Program-made: the position numbers and the translations under genes | Shown: in pieces, positions 11,801 to 23,800 of the stretch | How the letters are laid out: each line of letters starts with the position of its first letter | How positions within the stretch are numbered: position 1 is the first letter of the stretch | From: Amphiscolops sp. MND2022 | Lineage: Eukaryota | DNA: 60,000 nt | Direction of reading: 5' to 3' | NCBI GenBank assembly: GCA_964187785.1 | Contig: OZ076413.1 | Span: 44,642,001 to 44,702,000 of the forward strand | Notes under the pieces: generated by a model | What the model was told of the DNA's origin: nothing | Database searches by the model: none | Seen by the model: only the letters and a program-made list of their open reading frames with translations

Positions 11801-14800
11801 AATCACCGTTAGTCAAATAGCACGCTGAATATGACGCTACTTTGAAACTTATAATGTCACTGAAGTTTATTTGCATTAAAGTTGCGGTAAAATTGATGAA
11901 GATCTCAGCTGCTTTCAAAATGAGAATTGCTTCTTAATGAAACTTTCACAACTTCTTGTCTCGGAATTGCCGCCAAATTTAGGATGCGTCTTTTAGGCAG
12001 CTTGATAAAATTCAACTGAATCAGTGAAATTTTAATGCGAGGAAGTCTCCTTGAGAACTTTGTAAAATCATGAAAAATTAGCGCTTGGTAACCTACAAAA
12101 ACTTGTAAAAAGTTCAAGCAGTTTCAACTAGGGTAGCTTACAATCAACCAAATTATACATTAAAGCGTGTTATATTTAACTGCTTTTGGAAATTCAGAAA
12201 TGAGCTCGGAATTATCGCAAATTTTCATGCACCCTATCCCAGAATTTTTTCTTTGCAAACCTTCTGATCAAGGTGTGATAATTAATTGAGTATCCAGGGC
12301 AGAAACAATATCACAAAAATCTTGTACTATGTTATAATTTTCAACATTCGACTATCAACAAATAAATTCCCTAATCATTTTAGATATCGTTTGAACTTTT
12401 TTGTATAATTTACAAAATTTCATGAGGTGACATCCAAAGGTTTCTCATCATGACACCAACGGTAGCCACTACAGTGGCCATGACACGTTTTTAGTAACAA
12501 TGGGTGTATCTTTAGTGGGCTAGTAACCGAGATCTAGCTGAAAAGTTGATTCGTCGGTTGCGACTCATTTCGAAAAATCTGTGGGTAGGTTCTTTACCAT
12601 CTGCATACACCACTTTTTTCCTAAAAGGCGATGTCTTGCGGTAACCTTGAATTTCTTCGGAGCTACGCGTCTGTTCAAGCCATATTTATTTAGAACTTTT
12701 CGTACGCCATCAAATGTATACAAATGACCATCTGTCAAATCATTTTTCAGTTGTCGGGCTGAAACACGGGTGCGAATAGTTGCCATCTTTAACAAATTTT
12801 GAATCGATCTTTCATTAGCTTTGGGTCGTCTCCCTGTACGTGGTTTAGGCCCTATGCTGTCAGTTTTTTTGAAATTGACAATGATTCGGTTAACAGAACT
12901 TTTGCTGGTATCTGCGTTTTGCCTCGTTGGAAAAAACGAAGAATAGGTATCCGAACAGAATACGTAGTATGAGGGGCCATGAAAATTTACTCGAAACGAT
13001 GTGAAAAATTGTCATTTTTGAGATCAACGAGTGACAAAAATGATATCTGAACATTTGGACTGTTTCGATTTTGACTGGTTGCATAATTAACTTCATTGTC
13101 AATTAATTTTGTTCGTGTGTCGTAGTTCAATGTTTGTCCTGATTTCAATTCCGATGACTGTAGCTGTGGGTTTCAGCTAAAAAATAAAAGACTTGAAGTT
13201 GAAACACTGATGGGCACTCATGGACCAAAAACAGCCACCGGTGGGAAATGTAATAAACGGTGCAAAGTCCTTTCCTCCTGTGGCCATTCATAGTCCATGG
13301 GTTGCCATTGGTAGATTCGGCTGGAGTGTCAGTACGGAACTGAAACAACGTCATATAGTTTGGTTGAACAAAATTCCAAGACCAACAATGTCGGTACATT
13401 GTTGATCTCTACTTTCTCTCTGATTGCAGATTTAAACAATTGCTTTTCTGTCTTCCATGGCATCTCAAAATCAGTTTCTGCAGTTTTGATGCTGTATATG
13501 GAACTGATCGCCCTGGTAATCCACCACGAACCACTGTTGACCACCGGTTGTCCACCGGAAGACCTGGGTAAAAAATTGGCGAAAACGTCTAGAAGAGTAT
13601 TCGAGTACTAAAATTACGTGACTCAGACATGTTAGAAAACGTTAATATGATTGCCATCATGTTTTAGTAACACGCTTTTTAAGTGCATGTTGTCTTTGGC
13701 TTTTTTGTTATAAAATTGTTTCAGAGAGTTACATTAAGGACCCTGTGAGCATTAATGACGCTTTTCCATTTCGCGGTTCCCGAAGCCGTAGAATTTTTTG
13801 GTTTTTGCTTAGATTTTCATTAGATGAAAATGACCAAAATTCGGAAGGTCACTGTTGAGTCACTTTTGGTGACATAATAACCAAGGTTCAGAACTTTTTC
13901 CTGGAATTTTTTTGTCAAAAGTTTGTGACTCAGTGATAAATTTATCTGGTTTTTATACCGGACTGCCACAATTTTTAGATGGAAATTGCTTTGATTTTTG
14001 ATATTATTCTCTGTCTTTAAATTCTATTACTGATCAAACTTACCCATGATTTGCATCAAATTCTTGCGATTTTATTGTCTAAAAGTTCTAATTCAGCAGC
14101 TAATTGACCCCGTTTTTATACCAAGTTTCCACAGTTTCGAGGAGGATCAATTAAAGTCTTCAAAATCTAAATTACGGATTTCCTGCCGAAAGTATCGTTC
14201 GAACAATCGGTGGCCACCAGTGGTACTATCGATGCCCACAGATCGACCACCGGTGGGATCAAAATAAAAGATCAAGCAGAGTCAATTCATGGTAAAGATG
14301 GAGAGGAAAAACTTTAGCCAAAGTATGGGCAAGTTTTCCTTATGCGAAGTGATTCAAATCACAATACCTCCAACTGTCTCTGAAGAACCTCGACGTTGGT
14401 GGAAGTAGTTAAGTCTGTCTGAAGCAACTCCTTGATCTGCTGACTGATGAACTTCATTTCCGCGTCAGAAGCTTGCACGAACTGCATGAACACTTCCAGC
14501 ACATATCGGAATCCAGCTGAACTCTTCTGAACAAAAACACAGTTCACGTAATTCTTGAAAGCCAACAAAGTTCAAAAATGGGATGAATCAATTCCTAAAA
14601 AAAAACTTTTATAAATCTTCTAATAGTTTGACCGTACCTTCAGAGCAACATATTCTTCTTCTGTCGCCATCAACATGCTCTGCAGCTGTCGCTTCTCTTC
14701 GTCATGCTCTGATTCCTCGAAGTACGTCTGGTTTAAAAATGATAAAATTTGGTAAAGTAATCCCAAAACAGAAAACCAAGCCTTATTTTACGCTAATTTT

Positions 14801-17800
14801 ATGACAGAACTACTATCGTTAATTAATTCCAGTCGATTGTCTCCGCTGAAGTTTCAACAGCGAAACGCTAAAGCTAACCTAATACCAAGACTGCAAGACC
14901 AGAAACAAAAAACAAACATTCGTAGCATCTAAAAATTTCATTTTGATTTCGCTACATGACTAGTAAAAACTCAGGTCCATTTTTCCTGTAATCGTAAGTG
15001 CAATGGAAAACCGCAGGAAAAATACTCAACAAGATGGCAAGTAGATCAATCGATACAAAGGAAAGTCAAGTGAATTACCTGCATTGTCTTGACCTTTTCA
15101 AGGTCAGTTTGGAAGTCAGCCAACACTTTGAAAAGAACAATCAAATCTCGTTTTGTTGTCTGAAGCTGCGACATCTCTCCCGACACTTCAATTGATTGAA
15201 TTCTGACCTGAACATATTTACGAAGAGTTAGTTATATGGCGAAATATATTTCTGGTGTTGCTCCCCCAGCACTTTAGATTGAAATCTGTATATACTCTTT
15301 TGCAGTTGAGTTCAAATACGTTTGCTTCCTAAATTCAGCTTTCGCAAAGAAATTATTGATGGGTTCAAAAAAATCTTTAACTTCCGGATTTTATCGCATT
15401 TTTTCTTTAAGGAAAACATGACGTGCATGCGTATTACTGGGGGTACCAAGTGAAGCCAACGAACTTTTATGGCTCGCAAATAAGCCTGGGTCTCGTTGGC
15501 ATCTTCAGTAACTATTCCAACTGACGTTGTGGCCGTTCGCTTTGTGAATGTTTTGAGAAGATTAAAGTTCTTCAGCACGTGATGTACTTGCTCAACGTGT
15601 CTTGAAATGTTCTCAACTGAGTTTGAAAACATCGTTTGTTCAGCTGGTGATAAAAACTGTTCCACTCTTGACAGTTTCTCATTCAAGGACGAAATTTCAT
15701 TGGCTGCGCTTTCAGCCCACGCTCTTAAGCATTGTAGGTTGACTTTATGTCGAAGGGTCAAATTTTCTGGGCTGGTCACACTAGAAGTGAAACTGTTGAG
15801 GTCATTGACCAGTCTGGTAGTGTCAGGGGTCAACATCTCAATTTCTAATCGGATTTCATTCTTTATCTTTTCTGCATTGTCTTTGCTTAAACGAAACAAC
15901 AAAGTTTTGCTCACTTTTAAATAATGAGGTTATTTTTTAAAAATTGATCACTCTGAGCGTGCAGATTTTACAATCGCCCATTGAAAGCTTTTGAATTCTC
16001 TTCCATTCACTAAAGAACTTTCAGATTCTTGAGCTAGTACACTTTTCATCTCTCACTAATAAGTTTTTGTATTTGCCGTATATGTTTCAGTAAAAGTACA
16101 GTTGTCGCTCTAACCAAGTTACGGCGAGTCTGATTTTGGGCTGTATTTCGTTAATTCTCTCTGTCAATCGTTTCAAGCGATGGCTTGTTTCTTCAACCGC
16201 AGAAACTTTATCGACAGGTACCTGAAAAAAGGAATATTTTTGGCTTAAGAAAGGTTCATAGCCTCCTATAATATTTACAACATAACCTTCAGCAATAAAC
16301 TTTCAATAAAATGTTTTTCTCATTTTCCGTTTTTCACTAAGGTGATCTTGTTTTTTCCTAACTTTAGAGAAAAAATCACAAACTCATTGTTGCAATGAAA
16401 AAAGAATAAGAGCTAATGGAAGCGGTTTTTTCTCAGTAATTTGGGGGCTGCTCATTGAGAAGGTGCGAACATTCGGAGGTTGGACTGACTTGGAGCAATA
16501 GATCTCAAATCCAACGTACCATAGAACTCCTTATAGGAAACCATATGATTCCATACACCAATTTCATGCAGTTTTTATGCATGGAATCTTACGGAGGTTA
16601 TGCATTGCATAGCTCCATGGTATCGCATGGAAGCCTAATGAATCCATACCTTTGAATTCTGCTTTTGGATAGAATCGATCTACTTCAAATCAAGTTGTCG
16701 AAAAGAAGCTATCCAGAAAACACTTACGGTAGATGTGGCTTTGGACACATCCATCAGTTTTTGGGCATTCATTTGTTTGGAAGTGGACATGTCACGAATT
16801 CTGATCATTGTCTTCTGACATCGGTGTGGGGTGCTTTGTATCACCTGATCAGTTAGATTCTCAAACGACACTTCACTTTCTGTCAGCCATTTTCTCAACA
16901 CCTCATTCTCGGCTTTGATTCTTCTCGAGAGAAACTGAAAGACAATACACATTGATGATCATTTCTTTTCAATTTCACAGTTTTTCAGCTTTCAAATTCT
17001 GTTGCATTTTAAAGTTTCAAAATTGAATTGAATATTCTATGTGTCCAATCTTACCATTTTGCATTCTTCAATACTGTTCAATTTGTCGAAGCCAATGATT
17101 GATGAAACTTTCTTGGCTATCTCCGAGAGATACAAGCAAACCCACACTGAGTCAATTTGAACCAACTCAGATAACTCTGAAACACGAGACAATAAACACA
17201 ATTAAATGCGATAACAATAATTGGGCTATACTTGAAAAATATTTTATGAGTTGCTATTAAAATGTCCAAAAATGCCTTCAGGTTTTCATTCATTCCATTC
17301 GAATTTTAAATAGTTTTAAACCAGTTCACACAATTCTGTGATGATTAAATGCTTTTGGTCCTGACAAGCATCATATAATAACTACAATCTGGGCATTTTC
17401 ATATATTTTAACCAATTAAATAATTTTCTAGAACCCAATATTACTGAATAGAAAATTATTCGGAATATATTTTTTCATAACTCAATTGCCGTAATTGATA
17501 TGAATTGCCGCTTTATATGAGTTGCTATTGTACAAAAAAAAATCGGATTTTTCAAATGATGGAATGTTTCAAAAGAACAGTAAATTTACCTTCGGAAGAT
17601 AAAATTTGTGGAATGCTGAATAACTTCTCCAGCGCTCTCAATACTTCTGCCAAATTCTCCACTGGACTGTTTTCTGGCCTCGTGTTCACTCGGAAGCCAG
17701 TGATGGCTTCAATTGTAAGTGACAGGATTCCTGTAGCATTTAGAGATTCAATGTTCTCCACTTCTGGGTAATTGGATTTGATCAGATTGAGACTCCAATT

Positions 17801-20800
17801 CCAAACTTTGGATTCGGCTTCTTCGTCTGGAGAAGATGTGTCGTCAAAATCGAAGCAATTGCACAGCTGAAAGAAGCTAAGTTTTACGTTTTTTAGTCGG
17901 CGCTTCATGGAGTAAAACGCGACTATTATAGTGACCCTTTTTTTCTATCCACACGAAAAGGTTTTTCCTGTTTTTCCGCGTAACATACCATACCGGGCGA
18001 GACCAAAGGGTCCCCCCTTTCAATTTTTTTCGGCACTGCGAGACTTTTTTTCGGACATTTTTTCCCCAAAGGATCCCCCTTCAATTTTTTTCTTGTTTTG
18101 CGTCAGAATGGATGTTGGAAAATCCCAAAGGGTCCCACTTTCAGTTTTTTTCGGCACTGAGATTTTTTTTCCGAAGATATAAATTTTCCCCCCTGTAGTT
18201 TTTTGATGTTTTGCGACAGACTGGATGTTGAAAAACCTCAAAGGGTTTCAATTTTTCCCCTTTCAGTTTTTCGGCATTGTGAGACTTTTTTTTCTAAAAT
18301 TTTTTTCTCTCCAAAAGGTCCCCCCTTCAATTTCTTTGATATTTTACAACAGATTGGGTGTTTAAAAATCCCAAAGGGTCCCCCCTTCAACTGCGACAAA
18401 AATGTTGACAATTTCGGAAGTGTCCCCCTCTTAGCGCGCCAGGGGCTCGCGCTAGCGGGCCCCGGCGCGCCACTCGGTCCATTTTTTTGCTATTTCGATT
18501 TTCGAGTACTGTATATTGACTCTTGGAAGTCCTTTTGCTATTTTTGAGCCTTGGATATGGCGTCGACTTGGACCGGTCCCGGCTTGTTTTACTTTATACA
18601 GAAAATACTAAACGTTGACCAATTAAACCAAACGAAATCACGTCCGATGAAATGTTTACTGGTGTATTGAGAAAATGTACGACTTGTTGGGACTAAAAAT
18701 TAAATAATTCACTAGGCTCCCAAACAGCTAAAATTGCCGTTAAAAGCCCATTATTTTTCAGATATGCTTTCGATAAATAAAAGTCTCAAAAGCGAAAATG
18801 TCTCAGATAACATTTACATCGATATATATATATATATGTATGATATATTTCTGAAATCTAATCAAAATATCAAAGTATATGACTGTTTATTTTGAGGAGC
18901 TTTGAAATTTTTCAATAGATAAAATATTTTTTATAAATTGTTTTTAAATTCAATATTCCAAAAACTACATGCCCGAAGAGAACACATTCAGAGATCAAAT
19001 TTGTAGCCTTCACACTGTTGTCATACTCTTTCTTTCTTAATCATTTCTTTTTCTGGAAAGGTTTTCTCAAAAGATGAACAGCCAAAAAGAAATTTATATC
19101 CGTCGTAACAATATTGCTACGGAAGAAAAGTTGCACCATCAGGTTTTTGTAATCAGTTTGCTTTGTAACTTTTGAGCAGGGACTTTCCAGAGAAAGTCTT
19201 AATATCAAAAGGTAGAGAACAAAGTCAAAAGTACAAAAGTTCTGCTGGAGTTTTCGTTAATACCAGTGGTTTGCGCATTATGCATGATAACGCATCTATA
19301 ACTGCCCAGTGAGAATACTCTTGAAATTCTTGATAAGAATGATACATTTTGGTGGAACCTTCCTAAGAATTTCGGCAAGATTCTAATCAATAGCGCCAAG
19401 AATACGTAGAGAAGAATTCAGAGATATGATTTTGCCAAGAATTCACGAGAAAAATTGACAAAAGTGAATCAAAACAAACAAAAACCGACGACAACTACGA
19501 CCTGATGAGTGTACCTATTATACCGCAGCTGTTCACACTACCAACAAAGCTATCACGTTCTGAATTTCAATACTTTGTTTTGCCATGTAGCCAATACTTC
19601 AGATAATGACAGTGAAGCTCTTAGTGCCGACAACAGCAAAGTAACTTGAAACTTGTAAACAAAAATGTTTTCTGCTTTTACCATTTATTCATTTTCTTGA
19701 CACTCTTGATAAAACTCTTACCATGATTTCTATCAAGATTTTCGAGAGGTTTGCGTGAAGCAAGATAAAACAAGATCTTAGCAAGGTTTTCAAGAGTAAA
19801 CAGGATTATGTAAGAATATGCAAGATCTTGTCAAGAGTTTAAAGATATTTTGCACTGTTTGAGCAATCGATTCATTATTATTGTTTTCAGTCGGCGCTTT
19901 TTCTAAAAGAAATTTGCCCGAAAATTACAATGGTTAGTTTTTTCTCTCTTTTTTTTTCGTCAGACCACAGAGCTCACCCTGTATGTACCACTTTTTAGTA
20001 CAGACTTTAATCGGTTGTGGGGAACCCAGCGGTCGCGGGTTCGAGTCCATGCTTCAGCCAGAAACTTTTTCGTGCACTTGCAAATCCAAACGAATCCCTT
20101 TTAATTTTTTGCGGCACTCTGAAACTTTTTTTCGAAAATTCATTCCATGTCTCTAAAATGTTCTCCTTCAGTTTTCTTTTCGATATTTCGCAAAAATGGA
20201 TTTTCAAAAAGCCCAAAGGGCTTCCCCTATTACATTTTTCGGCACCATGAGACAGTTTCAAAATTCTCATTTCTCGTCTGGAATTAAATTTTCTCAACAT
20301 AGACCCACAAATAACCTTTTTTCAATAATTTCCAAACTTTGACGTAAAATCCGAATTTTTGACGTCATATCCGAACTATATCGCGTTTTACTAAGGAGGA
20401 GGCGGAGTTTCGAAAATAGGAGTTTTTCATGAAAACGTCCTACGCATATTTTAAAAAATGCGCTTTTTGAGCCTTAGATTTTGCGCCGACTTTAGACATT
20501 ACCGTCTTGTTTTGGTAAACAGGCGAAGCAGCTCGACGCAAAGATTTCCGCAAGGTTCCCCAGATTGGGTCTTTGCTTGTCAATGGATGATATAGCATCT
20601 GCCATTTGTAGTCAAAATGCTAACTAACCATCAGACAGTAAAGTACCTGCTAAATACCCATTGAACTGTGAATACACTAATTTTAGTCTTTACATTAGAA
20701 CCGTATCGAACAGAATGAATTATTGGCATGAATGTTTATTCTCTTATCACAACAATGGAATATCATCAATGGTTCATGGATCTTCCAGGGTTTCCCATTC

Positions 20801-23800
20801 ATGGCCCGTGTCACGGTGAGGTATGAATCACGACCCAGATTGACCATCATGGCTCATTCTTGGCTTTTCATCCATGATCATTCATGGCACCATAACTTTT
20901 CATCCGTGATCATCCATGAACAATGGGCATCTTGCCATGATCATGGAAGGATTCTCGATATGCCGGACCCATTAACCACGGATGGAAAGCCATGGCCTGT
21001 AAACCTGGGGAATCCGGACAACATGAGTCATTTGCGAACAACGTGGGTCCCGATTCGAAAGCCTAACTGGATAAAAAGCAGAGAAAAAATCAGCTCACGG
21101 GTGTGCGCGAGCTCAAAAATGCTAAAGGGTGAAAAACCTTTCAACTTTCAGATGACTAACATAAAATGTTTTAAGCACCAAGAAGGAGAGCTGGATGATT
21201 TGTGTGTGGTCCCGATGAGCCAGACTTTTCGCGTTGAATGCATTGTGAACAGATTCATCAAATGTGGACAGATATCTGATCACTGTTTGGAAGTTGGCGA
21301 CATTCTGGAACTCACCTTCGGCCGAGAATTTGGGCTGAAACGAAGTTTCAACTAAAATCACCGAAAAACTTTATCAGTGCAGAAAACAATGTTTTAGATT
21401 GCAATCGAAAACCAAGAAAATATTGTCTCGTCTGACTCTTCGCATTAGCCGTTGATATCGTAAATGTCTTAAAATCTTTTCAATAAACACGGTTGTGATC
21501 TGCGGTTTTGGGAAAATAAACTTGTTTCAAAGTGCTTACCAAAGAGACTCCGCTCAAATTTTCGATGAGTTCAACCATTTCCCGTCCATTTTTGGGCAGC
21601 GAATTCCCAGCTCCATACCTTTTTGTTCTCTCCTGAAACAATGCAGCGTACATTCATGTATGTACATGGACAGTCATCGATGCTATGATTCATATTTTGT
21701 ACATGGTAGAAGTTTTTTGTAGTTTGGAGCTTCATGAAATGAAACGAAATTATTATAGTGGCTTTTCGTCGTCGTTTCTTTTTCTTATATATTTTCAATC
21801 CGGTCGAAGTGACCATTTTCATACCGAATGCCAAAACTTTACAAAAGTTTTACAAAATAGCAAATTGGTTAAAAGTGTTATCTCTTTCAAATTTTGCAGT
21901 TATTTGGGTTAAAGGGAGATTTGAAGTCTTTTTTCCTGTGAGACTTTTTTGCGAAAAATTTCCAATTTTCCAAAAAGATCCTCTTAGCTTTTTTGTTAAT
22001 TTCACTATAGAAAAGCCTTTTTTAAGTCAAAAAGATTTTGAATTTTTTGCCACTAAGCAATTTTTTTGAAGAAATTTGCTTTTCCTAAAAGGATTCTGGC
22101 TTTGGTTTTTTGATGTTTCTGGTTGGAAAAGAAGCAGAAAAGCTTCGTTTTCCTCATATATCTGGTAAGAATAAAATCAAAAAAGCCGTTGAAGCCTAAA
22201 AGGGCCCTCTTTGGATTTTTCGGTACCGTGAAACTGATAATTAATTCAAAGGAGAATTTTTGAGCCTTAAGCGGTGCGCCAATCTATTAAGTTTTTGTTG
22301 ACTTTCACTTCTGCAGGTAATGCCGAAGCAATGAAATTATGAATTTACTCATCTAAACTTTTGTTCCTAACTTCCCGAGGGCATCTGAAAATCATATTTT
22401 TCCGAAATCTTTGGAAATTTATGTAGTTTTCTCAATTCGGAGAGACAGATAGTCTAAAAATATATATAAAAAACAACGATCAAAATGTCTGATTGCTTGA
22501 AAGTTCTAGGTTTTTCAATTACAAACAATTAAACTCCTTGGCAGACTTCAAAGTAATCAAAGTATAATGACGCTTTCACAACTCTCGAAACTTGATTAGG
22601 TTTGGTTCTTAATTTCGTCTCGACACTTCTGAAGAACTCGAATTTGTTTGAGCTTAAATCACCTCAGATTTCATTTCAAGATTCAAATCTCAAAAGTACT
22701 TCAAGTAATTCAGTCTGAACTTGATAGGCTTTTTTACAGCCAGTTAATTTGCTTGAGCATGAAAATTAAGTAGCTAAAGCTGTGCGATTGATTACAGTAC
22801 TTGCAGTAATCACAGTTCTGATCAGGCTTGTCATTTATTGATTGTAAATATATATTGTCATTTTCAAACCTAACAATAATTAATTCCACTAACTACTCTC
22901 TAAACAATAAATATTCCTAAAATATTGCAATAATTGCAATATTTAGGTACTGCATTCCTAAGTCGAAAAATATCATGAAAAAATGAAGTTTAAATTTTGA
23001 TAATAACAACATTCAATTTTTCATTACATCATGAACAGTTTGCATATTCCAAAAATTCTTATTGTATCTCAGAAATAATGTTTCCTCCAAGTGAACTGGG
23101 TCCATTCTTTTCCTATTGTCACTATAAACATTGTTTGCACAACTGAAGAGTCTCTCGGCTATGTTCGAAGTTGGCTGAATATGCGAAAACCCATACATGT
23201 CTTTCTTCATTTCTTTATTTTTGTCGTTTCGATAAAGTGCGAGTTGGGCAAACGACATATCTGCGACGCTTTCATTGCCTCCAGTCACCTCAACTGGGTT
23301 GTCCGATTGTAATGAATGTATTGATTCCATTTCCTCTGAGCTTAACTCTGAACCGTTCAAACTTTTAACAATTGCGTTTTCAAAGCACGGAGAGTGCACG
23401 ATGTGCGAGTCTGGACTCAGATAGTGTTTCATTGAAGGGTACTTTGAAATAATTGCATCGAAAAGAACCCTCACATTCAGCAGAGTCACATTTTCTTTCT
23501 GGAGCTCCAATGTCACCGATTGAAAGTCTTTCAAAACTGTGAATAGGTCTTGGACACGCGCAAATTCGCCTGGTGATAAAAGCAGGTTGATGTATTCCGA
23601 CTCGCTAAAAGTCATATAAGGTTGAATTTCAATCATACGTTCTACCATTTTAAAAATAGATGACCATCGTGTTTCGTTTCTGGTAAGCGCTGTCAACTTT
23701 GTTTTACGTCTAAGTGCTGCCCCACCCTTTAATGTGGACAACTTTTTCATCAGATTGTTGATTTTTTCTAGAATATCTTCGGAATCTTTCAAGTAACTCT

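Noticed and set aside
13400..13520. Open frame on - (RAISSIYSIKTAETDF...) as an extra plakin exon
   Set aside because: The phase does not fit, and the flanking exons 14368 and 10646 already join colinearly with the plakin pattern.
20732..21355. 207-aa + strand ORF
   Set aside because: The first half is CATG-rich repeat and the second half is antisense to the CH1 exon of the plakin-like gene.
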